Positions 1-10,823 of a stretch of DNA of 64,000 nt are shown here, piece by piece. The first letter of the stretch is position 1; the number at the start of each line of letters is the position of its first letter. Origin of the DNA: Candidatus Poribacteria bacterium (lineage in GTDB: Bacteria > Poribacteria > WGA-4E > PCPOR2b); the NCBI GenBank assembly GCA_965215015.1, contig OZ244042.1, positions 1,536,001-1,600,000 on the forward strand. Reading direction: 5' to 3'. The notes under the pieces are model-generated. The model was not told the origin of the DNA and made no database searches. It was given only the letters and a program-made list of their open reading frames with translations. The position numbers were made by a program, and so were the translations under genes.

Positions 1-35
1 AAAAATGACGTATTGGTGGAATCCGTAAAACGGTT

Positions 36-238
36 GGCTCATATAATAAAGAAAGTGCAAAACGCAAAGCACGTGAAACGTGAAAACCATTGGTTCATTA
101 GTGCAGTCGGGCTTGGAAGCCCGACCTACGGGGCTTATAAAAAAATGCAAAACCCGAAGAGAAATTGTAGAGGTGGGGTTTCCCGCCCCTACTTGTCAAA
201 AAAATCGGTTTCCGTTGCACGATTTCTTAAGATGGGCT
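36..238. mobile_element. Non-autonomous TIR element, family A (GGCTCATGTTAA-type ends), carrying REP-like hairpins
   Basis: Starts GGCTCATATAA and ends TTAAGATGGGC; the interior closely matches 24548-24725 and includes CGGGCTTGGAAGCCCGACCTAC. Confidence 0.6.
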
Positions 239-288
239 AAACAGTTAATGAGGGACGAACAACGAATAGAAAACACAGGAGTTTCCTC

Positions 289-1317
289 ATGAAACGCTTT
301 TTGCTTCGGATGCTTGGACTTGGATTCACGCTAAATGGGTTACTAGTTGCCTCTCTGATTAGCCTTGCGGAAGAGGGGGAGTGGTCAAGGAGAGCTGATA
401 TGCCTTTTCCAAGACTCTTTTTCTCAGTCAGTGCAACTGACGAACTGGTTTTCGTCATCGGCGGTATGCTCGCTGAATCGATCGCGAGAGTTGACACCTA
501 TGACCCAGCGACTGACACATGGACACAGAAAGCAGACATGCCAACGGCACGCGCGGGAATTGCTACCGCTGTTGTTAATAGGAAGGTGTACGCCATTGGC
601 GGCTGGAACAATGAGTCCCCTGCACTTTCGACCGTAGAAGAGTACGATCCGGCAACCAATACGTGGACACAGAAAGCAGACATGCCAACGGCACGGGTGT
701 TTTTCGCAACTGCTGTCGTCAACGGAAAAATCTATGCTATTGGGGGCATCGCAACAAACTTCGGCCCAGTGCTATCGGCTGTCGAAGTGTACGATCCAGC
801 GACTGACAAGTGGACGCAGAAAGCAGAGATGCCAAATCCTCGGTCAGGGATGTCTGCCGCGGCGATGGGTGGGAAAATCTACCTGCTTGGCGGTGTGTCT
901 AACATACAAGGCCCCACGCTTGCAACCGTTGAGGAATACGATCCCATAACTGAAACTTGGGTGCCAAAAGCAGGTATGCCGACGAAAAGGACTGCCCTAG
1001 CAGCCGACGTGCTTGGGGGGCAAATCTACGCGATTGGTGGCACTGCTGTTGTGCAAGGGCCGGGGCTAGCCACAGTTGAAGGGTATAATCCCGTGAGCAA
1101 TACATGGTTGAAGGAAACAGATATGCCTACTCCGAGAGTGTTTTTGGGGGCGGGTGTTGTGAACAACGAAATCTATGCCGTTGGTGGAGTCGCAGCAGGG
1201 TTAGGTCCAGCCATTCTACCCGCCATGGAGGCATTTGATACCGGCAGGCTGGGTGTCGAAGGAAAAGAAAAGCTGCTAACGCTGTGGGGACAAATCAAGG
1301 AAAGGCATTTGAGATAA
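289..1317 (+). CDS. Secreted Kelch-repeat beta-propeller protein with C-terminal TWG-type motif
   Basis: Signal peptide; six GG...E.YDP...W...A.MPT.R Kelch repeats; ends LGVEGKEKLLTLWGQIK. Confidence 0.9.
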   Translation: MKRFLLRMLGLGFTLNGLLVASLISLAEEGEWSRRADMPFPRLFFSVSATDELVFVIGGMLAESIARVDTYDPATDTWTQKADMPTARAGIATAVVNRKVYAIGGWNNESPALSTVEEYDPATNTWTQKADMPTARVFFATAVVNGKIYAIGGIATNFGPVLSAVEVYDPATDKWTQKAEMPNPRSGMSAAAMGGKIYLLGGVSNIQGPTLATVEEYDPITETWVPKAGMPTKRTALAADVLGGQIYAIGGTAVVQGPGLATVEGYNPVSNTWLKETDMPTPRVFLGAGVVNNEIYAVGGVAAGLGPAILPAMEAFDTGRLGVEGKEKLLTLWGQIKERHLR

Positions 1318-1931
1318 TGATGTCCAACGAAACGGCCGAGACAACCGATGTTTCCAAGAAACGGATGAAGAATCTCTTTGTTGCCCAATTTGCAAAACCA
1401 TCGGACTTAGAGGAAATTAATCTGAGTCAATTGACGCCGTTTCAGCGGGCACTGCTAATCATCGATGGAACAGTTACCCAGTTCATCGAAGCCTATACAT
1501 TCTCTCCGATTGAAGTTGCGCTGCTCCACCAAGAGACGCAAACCCTACCCACCGATCATGTTTGGCTCGACGCTAAAAAAGGAACGGAAGTAGTTGTCCG
1601 CCACGTGATGCTGCAAACGGGGCAAAAGGACGGCCAGCAGCCGACTGTCCATGCCTACGCAACCTCAATCATCGTACTGAATCGAATCCCACAAATTATC
1701 AGAGAAGGCTTGACGCTCAAAGGTCAAGGTTTGGGGCAATTATTACAGCGCAGCGGTTTAGAAACCCGACGCGATCTGCTGTGGTGGGGACTCGAACGCC
1801 CAAAAGATTTACCGGCGGTTCTCCTTCATTTAGAAGGAAAACCGTTCCTCAGTCGCACTTATCGTATTGTCGCTGACGGACACCCCATTATGTTAATCAG
1901 CGAACAGGCTCCACTTGATGGATACGCCTGA
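1317..1931 (+). CDS. Chorismate pyruvate-lyase-like (UbiC/DUF98-type) protein
   Basis: LLIIDGTVTQFIEA, YATSII, GLGQLL and SRTYRI...PIMLISE motifs; ATG overlaps the upstream TAA. Confidence 0.7.
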   Translation: MMSNETAETTDVSKKRMKNLFVAQFAKPSDLEEINLSQLTPFQRALLIIDGTVTQFIEAYTFSPIEVALLHQETQTLPTDHVWLDAKKGTEVVVRHVMLQTGQKDGQQPTVHAYATSIIVLNRIPQIIREGLTLKGQGLGQLLQRSGLETRRDLLWWGLERPKDLPAVLLHLEGKPFLSRTYRIVADGHPIMLISEQAPLDGYA

Positions 1932-2111
1932 GAAAACGAGAGAACGAGAATCCATTCACGAATCTACGCTAATTTTTTATGATTCGCGTGGATTAGCGGA
2001 TGCGTTATCTCACTTTGCCGCTTTCACACTTGCAGCTTCTACGCTCCCTTGCCTTCTCACAAACTCACTCCCTCGTTTTTCCCAACGTTCAATCCGAATC
2101 CCCATGATCCC

Positions 2112-3218
2112 CTATTGCAGTCTTCCACGTCCCAGAAGGGGCCAAACCGTCTCGACGATGCCCTCGCGGATACCATAGATTTCGTCGTGTAATGCAACGG
2201 TAACATCTGAGTAGCCGATAACAAACTCAATTTTGTCTCCGACACGTGGCGTTTCACTCGGTTCTGCGAGTTCAACCTTTCCATGCTCCGCCGACAGCCC
2301 CACTGATGTTACACCCGAAATTCCGACAGGAACTGGATCCGCTGCACCTTCACTCATGGTCTTTCTCCCGGCATCGCAGATAATCCGCGTGGGGGCAGGA
2401 CGGCTTGTAACTGTGGCGAGGACTGTAAGGGCGTACGGGTGATCGACGCCAAACTGATTGCGATAGATAACGTCGCAAAAAATGCCGCCACCCGCTTGAA
2501 TTTCTGTGATACCCGGCTGGAAAGCACTGATCCAGTAAGTTCCCGTTCCACCACAACTGATGATGTCGATGGGCATCCCTTCGTTCCGGCATTTCTGCGC
2601 GGTGTCCGTGACGGATGTCAGGGCATCGTCAATCATCCGCTTTTTCTCCTCTATATCTGGGATGCGAAGCGCAGTTGATTCCCAAGTAAAGAGACCGGCA
2701 AGTTGCACCCCTTCCCTACCGTGAATCTTGCGAGCCAAGGCGAGAGCGGGTTCTCCTGGATCTACACCGGCTCGGTTCATACCCGTGTTGATCTCAATGA
2801 CGAGGCGAACACGAACTCCCTTTTCACGGGCTGCACGGTCAATGGCTTCTACATGCTCCTCACAGTCAACAGCAACCATGACATCCGCATGTTTCCGTAA
2901 ATTGACTAGACGGGCAACCTTCTGCGGCCCAACAACTTGGTTAGCGATTAGGATGTCCTTCACACCGCCGGCAGCCATAACTTCCGCTTCACCCAACTTG
3001 GCGCAGGTGACACCGAGGGCACCTGCATCTATGAGTTTATGGGCGAGTGCCGGACTTTTCATTCCCTTTGTATGGGGGCGCCAATTAACCCCGGCTTCAT
3101 GAATAATGGTTGACGCCATCCGGTCAATGTTGCGCTCCATCGTTGGCAAATCAATTAGGAGCACCGGCGTGTCCAGCTCTTCCTTACAACAACCGACGAG
3201 ATTCGTGTGTGCTATCAT
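2112..3218 (-). CDS. DSD1/D-threonine aldolase family PLP-dependent enzyme
   Basis: LDTPVLLID, RPHTKGMK (PLP lysine), CAKLGEAE, CDAGRK and SAEHG motifs. Confidence 0.85.
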   Translation of the reverse strand: MIAHTNLVGCCKEELDTPVLLIDLPTMERNIDRMASTIIHEAGVNWRPHTKGMKSPALAHKLIDAGALGVTCAKLGEAEVMAAGGVKDILIANQVVGPQKVARLVNLRKHADVMVAVDCEEHVEAIDRAAREKGVRVRLVIEINTGMNRAGVDPGEPALALARKIHGREGVQLAGLFTWESTALRIPDIEEKKRMIDDALTSVTDTAQKCRNEGMPIDIISCGGTGTYWISAFQPGITEIQAGGGIFCDVIYRNQFGVDHPYALTVLATVTSRPAPTRIICDAGRKTMSEGAADPVPVGISGVTSVGLSAEHGKVELAEPSETPRVGDKIEFVIGYSDVTVALHDEIYGIREGIVETVWPLLGRGRLQ

Positions 3219-3302
3219 AACAAACCCGCAGTCTTCACCTCGAATAATCGAGATGACCCATGCGGACTCCTTTCTTTTTAAAATGTGAGTTCTTCTTACG
3301 TT

Positions 3303-5294
3303 TTACGTTCCACATTTCATACCGGCTTCAAGTGTTTCGACAATTGCATCCACATCGTAGACACAACCTCCCCATGTCCCCCCACCGACGCTCTGGAGTG
3401 CCGCCCATAGACGCGTATCGTCCGGCAGCAAATCGTCAGGGGAAAGGTCCATACGTGCGGACCTCTCTGCTAGGACCTGTGTACCTGCCTCAACACCGAA
3501 GTTCTGGTCTCCATGCCCGACCAAATCAATGCTCCCTTCAAGTCGATTCCGATCGATACAAATTTGAATCTGATCGCCATCAATCAACTTGCCGATAGGT
3601 CCACCTGCTAATGCTTCTGGCCCAACGTGTCCGATGCACGCGCCGGTTGATACGCCGGAGAATCGCGCATCGGTAATTAGGGCGACATGTTTACCGAACG
3701 AAAGATGCTTGAGCGCGGCAGTAATTTGGTAAACCTCTTCCATACCGGATCCCATTGGACCGCGGGAGCAAAGCACCATTACTTCCCCCTGCCTAATCTG
3801 ATTGTCGTCATTACTTTTGAGGGCCTGAATCGCGTCGCGCTCGCGCACAAACACACGGGCCGGTCCCGTCATTCGGTAGACGCCGTCCTCATCAACAACG
3901 CTGGGATCAACCGCGGTGCTTTTGATGACAGAACCCTCCGGCGCGAGATTCCCACGTGGAAAGGTGACCGTGCTGGTCAGTCCACGCGCCTTTGCAACAT
4001 CCGGGGTCATAATCACGTCGTCCGGATCGATTCCATCTCGATCCATCAAGAGATTTCGCACCCGCTGACGGCGCTCCGACTTCTCCCACCAGTCGAGGTT
4101 CTGCCCAAGGGTTTCGCCTGAAGCGGTGATAACATCTTCATTCAACAGTCCTAATGCTCGTAAATGCAGCATCACTTCAGGAACACCACCCGCTAGAAAG
4201 ACCTGAACCGTTGGATGACCAACAGGACCATTGGGCAGAACATCAACGAGGCGAGGCACTTGCCAATTAATCTCCATCCAATCCTCCACAGCTGGACGAC
4301 GAAGTTTTGCCGCATGTGCGATGGCAGGAATATGCAGAAGCAAGTTAGTTGAACCTCCGCAGGCAGCATGGACAACCATCGCGTTCCGCACCGCTTCATC
4401 TGTCAAAATATCGCTCATCTTGAGCCTCTTTGCGTCGAGGTTGACCAAGGCGCGGGCAGACCGTTTTGCCATATCTGACCAAATCGGTTGGCCCGATGGC
4501 GCAAGCCCGGAATGCGGTAGCGTCATCCCTAGCCCCTCGGCAACAACTTGCGATGTTCCGGCGGTGCCAAGAAACTGGCAGCCACCCCCCGGGCTTGCAC
4601 AGGCTTTACAGCCGAGGTCAGAAGCATCCTGCAAGGAGATCTCCCCATGTGCAAAACGGGCACCGATAGACTGAATCTTGCCTGCGTCTTCACCTTCGGT
4701 GGGAGGCAGCGTCACACCGCCGGGGACTAATACACACGGCAGGTCGCGCATCGCAGCAATTGCAATCATCGCCGCGGGCAGTCCCTTGTCACAGGTTGCA
4801 ACCATCATCACCCCTTTGCGCGTCGGCAACGACCGGATGAGGCGTCGAAAGATCATTGCGGCGTCGTTACGATAAGCGAGACTGTCCATCATACCAGGGG
4901 TGCCTTGCGTACGTCCGTCACACGGATCCGAGCAGAATCCAGCGAATGGGATCATACCAAGTGCTTTGAATTCGGCCGCGGCTGCCTCCATTAACAAGCC
5001 AACTTCCCAATGCCCGGTGTGATAACCAAGCGCAATTGGACTCCCGTCAGGTGCACGGATACCCCCCTGTGTGCTCAGGATGAGGAACTCTCTCCGATTG
5101 AGTTCACCGGGAGCCCAGCCCATACCTGTATTATGGCTCCAGCCAAAGACATCTCCACTCGGCAAATTGAGTAACATCTCCGGTGTCAGTGGCAGACTGC
5201 CCTCAGGACCGGGCGAATGGGTTTCCAAATCGTAAATTGTAGAATCGTTAGAATCCAGAAGTTCGTCGAAATTAATAGCTTTCTTAGAAGCCAT
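3303..5294 (-). CDS. YjhG/YagF-family sugar-acid (D-xylonate-type) dehydratase, IlvD/Edd superfamily
   Basis: [31 protein letters not shown] and [11 protein letters not shown] motifs. Confidence 0.9.
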   Translation of the reverse strand: MASKKAINFDELLDSNDSTIYDLETHSPGPEGSLPLTPEMLLNLPSGDVFGWSHNTGMGWAPGELNRREFLILSTQGGIRAPDGSPIALGYHTGHWEVGLLMEAAAAEFKALGMIPFAGFCSDPCDGRTQGTPGMMDSLAYRNDAAMIFRRLIRSLPTRKGVMMVATCDKGLPAAMIAIAAMRDLPCVLVPGGVTLPPTEGEDAGKIQSIGARFAHGEISLQDASDLGCKACASPGGGCQFLGTAGTSQVVAEGLGMTLPHSGLAPSGQPIWSDMAKRSARALVNLDAKRLKMSDILTDEAVRNAMVVHAACGGSTNLLLHIPAIAHAAKLRRPAVEDWMEINWQVPRLVDVLPNGPVGHPTVQVFLAGGVPEVMLHLRALGLLNEDVITASGETLGQNLDWWEKSERRQRVRNLLMDRDGIDPDDVIMTPDVAKARGLTSTVTFPRGNLAPEGSVIKSTAVDPSVVDEDGVYRMTGPARVFVRERDAIQALKSNDDNQIRQGEVMVLCSRGPMGSGMEEVYQITAALKHLSFGKHVALITDARFSGVSTGACIGHVGPEALAGGPIGKLIDGDQIQICIDRNRLEGSIDLVGHGDQNFGVEAGTQVLAERSARMDLSPDDLLPDDTRLWAALQSVGGGTWGGCVYDVDAIVETLEAGMKCGT

Positions 5295-5347
5295 ATTATA
5301 CCTACTTTCGTATCAAAACAGGAGCCTATGCCATTGTGGTGTACACA

Positions 5348-6079
5348 TCACAGTGGTTTGCCGCGCAACGCCTGCCGACATTGCATTAAACCGTTACCAG
5401 TCACATTATACGCAAAGGTGTTCATCCGTCGAGGCAGATCCGAGGTGTTAGCGGCAGAGCCGTGAATAATTAGTGCGTTGAAAAAGACACCATCGCCCGG
5501 CTCCATCTCCACTTGGACAGCATCGTCGCGTTCGTGATAGTGTCCCGGCAAGAATACACCAAATGTCTGTTGACGCCGTTGGTGCGTCTGCAACCCCCAC
5601 TTATGGCTGCCGGGGACAAACTGGATGCAGCCATTCTCCCGCGTTGTGGTATCAATTGCGAGCTGGCAGTTCACCATCAATGGACGGTTATCGTCCCGAT
5701 TCCAATAGGCATAATCCTGGTGCCACGGAATTGCTGTGCCATCTTTGGCATCTTTGGGAAGCAGCTTGCTGTGATATAGTGAAACGTCGGGACCAATCAT
5801 CTGTTCGATAATGTCCAGCATTGTATCTGAGCGCAAGATTTTGTTCAGGGTCGGGCTTATTAACTCACTGTTCATCAGCTGCTTAAGGCGTGGAGGTAGG
5901 CGAGGGTCATCAAATTCTTCCCAAGAAAGACCAACCCCCTCGACCGGTTGTTCCGCCATGCGATTGTGGATATCTTTGATATCTTCACGGATTTTTTCCA
6001 TATCTTCAGGCGAAGCAAGGGCTTTTTTCAGAATAAAACCGTTCTCATCATAAGATTGTTTTTCTGCAGAGGTGAGCAT
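5348..6079 (-). CDS. PhyH-family Fe(II)/2-oxoglutarate dioxygenase
   Basis: PWHQD, NGCIQFVPGSH, distal HGS..N...R. Confidence 0.9.
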   Translation of the reverse strand: MLTSAEKQSYDENGFILKKALASPEDMEKIREDIKDIHNRMAEQPVEGVGLSWEEFDDPRLPPRLKQLMNSELISPTLNKILRSDTMLDIIEQMIGPDVSLYHSKLLPKDAKDGTAIPWHQDYAYWNRDDNRPLMVNCQLAIDTTTRENGCIQFVPGSHKWGLQTHQRRQQTFGVFLPGHYHERDDAVQVEMEPGDGVFFNALIIHGSAANTSDLPRRMNTFAYNVTGNGLMQCRQALRGKPL

Positions 6080-6099
6080 CAAATCTACTCCTTTCTATA

Positions 6100-6127
6100 G
6101 TAGGGAACGTAGATTTGCGTTCCCTAC
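6100..6127. repeat. GTAG-headed REP-like palindrome
   Basis: GTAGGGAACGTAGATTTGCGTTCCCTAC; near-identical copy at 32596-32623. Confidence 0.7.
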
Positions 6128-7527
6128 GAGGCTTGGGCAAACTGAAGATAGATAGCATAGAATCCCAGCCCAATCATTGCAAGGAAGCAGATCCAAAGCA
6201 CAACATCGGACTTCCCGCCCGGCGCAACGCGGCGGTCGGTACGGAAATATCGCAAATAGATTGTATTGCCTGCGACAAGCGGCATCATCATCGCTCCAAT
6301 CGTGCCACTGATAGTGAGCATCCAGACCGGATTCTTAATAAAGAAATAGCACAATGACTGAATAGTTGGTGCAGCCACCGCCCAGATTTGTCGGACGCGG
6401 ACTCTCGCTTTGTAGTCATTGGAATCAATTACGCCAATGACACCCATTACGTCAGCAATCATTCGTGAACCACCGCCGAGCCCTGAAACCACCGTTGAAA
6501 AAAGCACAAAGAAGCCTCCAACCATAAACAGCCACCACGCCCATTGACCTAACGTCTGTGTGTACATGTTAGACAGAGTACTGAGCGTATCCAACCCATC
6601 GGGCATCTGCCCCATGCGATTCAGGACGCCAGCACCCAACATGTAAAAAGGAATCGTTGCAAAAGTCAGGACAATTAGCGTCAATACCACATCGGTCTGC
6701 ATAACGCGAATCCAACCACGTGCCCGGTTTACCCAGCCTTCGCTGTCATCGGTCGGGCCGGTGAAGCGAGCATAGCCTTTTTCGGTGCACCAGTAGGTGT
6801 AGGCCATCGACTCACCGGCGTTGACGCCGGTCCCGCCGTAAGCCGCCAACGCAGCTGCGATTGCAAACGCGGGGAAATTAAATTTCAGCCCAGCCCCTAC
6901 ATCCGACCATGTGATGGCAAACTCTGTGAATTGTAGCAGAATTGCACATGCTAACGTGATGAAGGTGAAGGTCACTACCAGAAAAGTCAACAGCTTTTCG
7001 AGGAAGCGATAGGTGCCACTCAGAATTAAACTCGCAGTTACTGCGGCGATGATAATCGTCCACCATCTTGAATCCATAAACGGCATCATCATGCTCATCG
7101 CCTGCCCTGCACCCCCATAAATTCCACCACCGCCCATGAGACCGGGAATCTGTTGCAGGAACCATAGTACAATAAACCAAGATATTTTGCTGCGGAAAAA
7201 GGGAATCGTACCGGGGATGTCGTTGAAAGCAGCGAGAGCAGTGTTACCCGATGAGACAGCGTAACGCCCTAGCTCCGCCTGCACAATGCTCTTGCCCCAG
7301 CAACTGAGTAGCATCCACCAGAGCATCACAAAACCAACCGTCGCGCCGAGGGTTGTCGTAAGAATAATCTCCCCCGATCCGACCACGGAACCGACCAGAA
7401 TCAATCCCGGTCCGAGAAACTTAAGCGTATTCCAAAAACCGACGGGAGGTTCTTGGATATATTCGCTCCGAAGGGCATAGGGATCTTCGGTGTCTCTCTG
7501 TACATTTGTATCTTCGTTTTCTGTCAT
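6124..7527 (-). CDS. Nramp-like (APC superfamily) membrane transporter
   Basis: LGPGLILVGSVVGSGE N-terminal motif followed by about 11 hydrophobic segments. Confidence 0.8.
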   Translation of the reverse strand: MTENEDTNVQRDTEDPYALRSEYIQEPPVGFWNTLKFLGPGLILVGSVVGSGEIILTTTLGATVGFVMLWWMLLSCWGKSIVQAELGRYAVSSGNTALAAFNDIPGTIPFFRSKISWFIVLWFLQQIPGLMGGGGIYGGAGQAMSMMMPFMDSRWWTIIIAAVTASLILSGTYRFLEKLLTFLVVTFTFITLACAILLQFTEFAITWSDVGAGLKFNFPAFAIAAALAAYGGTGVNAGESMAYTYWCTEKGYARFTGPTDDSEGWVNRARGWIRVMQTDVVLTLIVLTFATIPFYMLGAGVLNRMGQMPDGLDTLSTLSNMYTQTLGQWAWWLFMVGGFFVLFSTVVSGLGGGSRMIADVMGVIGVIDSNDYKARVRVRQIWAVAAPTIQSLCYFFIKNPVWMLTISGTIGAMMMPLVAGNTIYLRYFRTDRRVAPGGKSDVVLWICFLAMIGLGFYAIYLQFAQAS

Positions 7528-7546
7528 AAATTCAATCCTTTCAATA

Positions 7547-7755
7547 TCAGAATTTCGGTTTCAATCCAGCGCGTTTGCACAACTGATTAGCGGTCATCCA
7601 ATCGGGATTTCTCGATGCTGTGGATGATATGCCACTATCATTTTCTGCAGTGCATCTTGAAGCATTTCCCGGCAATCTTCCCAAGTCCTTTCTTCGGTGA
7701 GTACTTCTCGCCATTTGACTAACTGTCCCATGTACCCGGAATCTATTTTTGTATA
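7547..7755 (-). pseudogene. Collapsed hicB-hicA toxin-antitoxin remnant
   Basis: 7755-7594 reads YTKIDSGYMGQLVKWREVLTEERTWEDCREMLQDALQKMIVAY (HicB-like); about 7603-7547 reads TANQLCKRAGLKPKF* (HicA-like C-terminus); the 5' end is replaced by a family A element. Confidence 0.7.
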
Positions 7756-7756
7756 T

Positions 7757-7846
7757 GGCTCATGTTAAGAAATCGTGCAACAGAACCGAGTTTTCAAAAA
7801 AAATCGGATTCTCTTCGTGTTTTGTACTCTTTATTTAATATGAGCC
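7757..7846. mobile_element. Family A MITE-like element, minimal 90-bp form
   Basis: Terminal inverted repeats GGCTCATGTTAA ... TTAATATGAGCC. Confidence 0.7.
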
Positions 7847-7895
7847 TTGTATATTTTGCAGTATAGATCATCAACATTTTATTGACTCCTTCCAA

Positions 7896-10583
7896 TCAAC
7901 CGATTGATGCCATTTCCAAATGTCCAGCCCACTGCGTCTGTAGTACCTGTTTCAACACCCGATGCGCGGGACGACTCAGATTTGGGTCCATTTTAGCGAG
8001 ACGATTCGCCTCTGACTTGGCAATTTCAAGCAAGGACGCATCCCTGAGAATATTGGCGATTTTGAAGTCTGGAAGCCCTGATTGACGAGTTCCGAAAAAT
8101 TCGCCGGGGCCTCGGATTTCCAAATCCACCTCTGCAAGCTCGAAACCATCGTTAGTCCGTGTCATCGCCTTGATTCGACGGACCCCATCGTCGGTTATTG
8201 GACCGCTAATCAGATGACAAGAGGATTTGTGTGTGCCGCGCCCAACGCGCCCACGTAGCTGATGCATTTGCGACAATCCGAACCGCCCCGCGTTTTCAAT
8301 CACCATAAGCGAGGCGTTTGGTACGTCAATCCCGACTTCGACGACGGTCGTGGACACCAGAATATCGATTTCTCTATTTTTGAAGCGACCCATCACGTCC
8401 TGTTTTTCCACAGATCGCATCCGTCCATGTAGTAACCCGACCCGCAGATGCGGGAACACATTGGCTTGAAAGTGGTCTGCCATCTCCGTTGCAGCTTTAA
8501 TATCTTCCAACTTCTCCGATTCTTCAACAAGCGGATAAACGATATACGCCTGTCGCCCCCGCTGGACCTCCTTCTCTATTCGCGCGTACAGTTTTTCGCG
8601 GTCTTTCTCTCTTACCCATTTCGTCGTTATCTTCTGCCGCCCCGGCGGGAGTTCGTCAATCGTGGACACATTAAGGTCTCCATAAATTGTTAGGGCGAGT
8701 GTCCGCGGGATGGGGGTCGCTGTCATGACCAAGACATCCGGGGTTGTCCCTTTGTCCCGGAGCGTCGCCCGTTGCATCACGCCGAAGCGGTGTTGCTCGT
8801 CAATAATTACCAGTCCCAGCTGATGAAACTCAACCCCTTCCTGAATCAGGGCGTGCGTCCCAACAACGACATGGGCCGAGCCATCGGCAATGGCAACGAG
8901 GGCTTCGTCGCGCTCCGATTTGGGAAGATCGCTTTTGAGCAAGACAACCTTCAACCCCAACGGTTCAAGCAATTCCGAAAGGTTGTAGGTATGTTGTTCA
9001 GCAAGGATTTCTGTGGGCACCATCAACGCCCCCTGATAGCCACTCTGAATGGCACATAGCAGGGCAACCGCCCCAACGATTGTCTTTCCAGATCCCACAT
9101 CCCCTTGAAGCAACCGATTCATCGCCTGCCCGTTCGCCATGTCGGACTTAATCTCCCTAATGACCTTTCTCTGTGCATTTGTTAGTTGAAAGGGCAACGC
9201 CTCAATAAACCGATCTAACAGTTCACCTTCGACCTGGAAAGCCATCCCTTTCTCCTCTACTTTCCAGTGTTGCCTTTTGAGCTCAAGTCCTAATTCCAGC
9301 AGGAAAAACTCGTCGAACGCCAACCGCCTTCGGGCTGCGTCTTTATGTCTCTCTGATGCCGGGAAGTGAACCTCTTGGATTGCTGTGCACCGATCTATCA
9401 ACTGATTTCGCTGCCGGACGTCCAGTGGCAAAATCTCTGGATAACCCCCTGCGTACCCGTCTATGACTGTCTTGGTCCACTGTCGAAGCATCCGTTGGGT
9501 CAGCTTTGCTGTCAGTGCATACTTCGGCACGATTCTGCCCGTATGAATAAGATCTGCGTCTTCCGCCTCGAGCACCTCAAATTCAAAATCGGTGGTCTGG
9601 ATTTCATTGTTACGACGGGTAAATTTGCCGCTCACAACAACCTGCGTGCCAACTTTCAGCAGATTCTTGAGATAGCCGACACGACGCCCAAAGTTGACCA
9701 ACTGTGCCACACCCGTTTGGTCATAGATAGCAACCTTCCCGACAGGTTGGGCATCCCTGCGGCTCGGCGTGAATTGGCTTTGATTGACTACCCCACCTTG
9801 AATTGTCTCGTATTCGCCGGTACGTCCCACTTCATAAATTGAGCGGAAATGCCCACGATCTAGATAGTCGCGCGGATAGTATTCCAGTAAATCGCGGACA
9901 GTCCGGATATTGAGTTCCGCTATCAGTTTTGCCGCTCGACGCGGCCCAATTCCACTGGCATACTGGATTTCCGTCTCTAAGAATTGCAGCGACGCCGGAT
10001 CGGTCGAGATGGGGACATCTTTAATCTGCACCTTTTCTGGAAGTATAGATTGTGTGTCAGGATGTGAAACATGAGACTCCGATGAATCGGGACGGTCCAT
10101 GAAACGTGAAGGGGATGACTCAACTGCCTCTGACGTTCTGCCCACCTTTGGATCGGTAGGAAAAAGCGTCTGTTGACCTTTGCTCTCCCCAGCGCGTTTT
10201 ACCGAAGGGGAAGGCATCTTTGCGGGTTGGCTAGGCAGCACCTGAAACAAGGGAAGGTCATCAGCTATTTCTGTTGCCGCAGGTTTTCTAGTAGGCGATC
10301 CCTTCCGATTTCCTGATCCTATTCCTTCAATCTGTTCGAGGGCGGCTTGCACGACCTCCCGCCGCTGCGTCGGCGATAAGGTCTTATAATCTGAAAACAG
10401 ATTCGCAAGCGAAGTTAGCATTTGCTGCTCAGCAGGGGTAAGCGTCAACCGTTGTGCATTCCTAACCCAAAGTTGGACATATGCACCTAATCCGTTAATC
10501 ACCACACTGTCTTTACAACCGCTCCGAATTTCCTGCTGAAACGGGCGTCGGATTATTGCTAGAATTTTGGTAAGCTCATTCAT
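7896..10583 (-). CDS. recG: ATP-dependent DNA helicase RecG with N-terminal extension
   Basis: MNRLLQGDVGSGKT, DEQHRFGV, MTATPIPRTL, QLRGRVGRG and GTRQSG motifs. Confidence 0.95.
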   Translation of the reverse strand: MNELTKILAIIRRPFQQEIRSGCKDSVVINGLGAYVQLWVRNAQRLTLTPAEQQMLTSLANLFSDYKTLSPTQRREVVQAALEQIEGIGSGNRKGSPTRKPAATEIADDLPLFQVLPSQPAKMPSPSVKRAGESKGQQTLFPTDPKVGRTSEAVESSPSRFMDRPDSSESHVSHPDTQSILPEKVQIKDVPISTDPASLQFLETEIQYASGIGPRRAAKLIAELNIRTVRDLLEYYPRDYLDRGHFRSIYEVGRTGEYETIQGGVVNQSQFTPSRRDAQPVGKVAIYDQTGVAQLVNFGRRVGYLKNLLKVGTQVVVSGKFTRRNNEIQTTDFEFEVLEAEDADLIHTGRIVPKYALTAKLTQRMLRQWTKTVIDGYAGGYPEILPLDVRQRNQLIDRCTAIQEVHFPASERHKDAARRRLAFDEFFLLELGLELKRQHWKVEEKGMAFQVEGELLDRFIEALPFQLTNAQRKVIREIKSDMANGQAMNRLLQGDVGSGKTIVGAVALLCAIQSGYQGALMVPTEILAEQHTYNLSELLEPLGLKVVLLKSDLPKSERDEALVAIADGSAHVVVGTHALIQEGVEFHQLGLVIIDEQHRFGVMQRATLRDKGTTPDVLVMTATPIPRTLALTIYGDLNVSTIDELPPGRQKITTKWVREKDREKLYARIEKEVQRGRQAYIVYPLVEESEKLEDIKAATEMADHFQANVFPHLRVGLLHGRMRSVEKQDVMGRFKNREIDILVSTTVVEVGIDVPNASLMVIENAGRFGLSQMHQLRGRVGRGTHKSSCHLISGPITDDGVRRIKAMTRTNDGFELAEVDLEIRGPGEFFGTRQSGLPDFKIANILRDASLLEIAKSEANRLAKMDPNLSRPAHRVLKQVLQTQWAGHLEMASIG

Positions 10584-10588
10584 TTCGA

Positions 10589-10760
10589 TTCTGTTGACAT
10601 TTGATAGATTGAACCAATTTGATGCACCCCGATGAGATCAGGATTCAGAACAACCTGAGACGACTGCGGATTTCTGTCGGTCAATTTTCCAAAATCGACA
10701 GTAGCTGTCGAGATATGAATATAGACCGACAAATTGGGCGAGCACGCCCAACCTACGAAT
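10589..10760. repeat. Family B dispersed intergenic repeat (partial)
   Basis: TTCTGTTGACATTTGA...GATGCACCCCGAT...GGATTCAGA...TTCCAAAATC...TGTCGAGAT is shared with 18413-18560, 37097-37167 and (reverse) about 52190-52290. Confidence 0.7.
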
Positions 10761-10823
10761 GATTGACATTTTACAGATTGCTAATTAGCGACAGCAAAAT
10801 GTCATCACGCCCTAGATAACGTA

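Noticed and set aside
500-830. Near-identical 141-bp DNA repeats
   Set aside because: Explained by tandem Kelch repeats within the CDS
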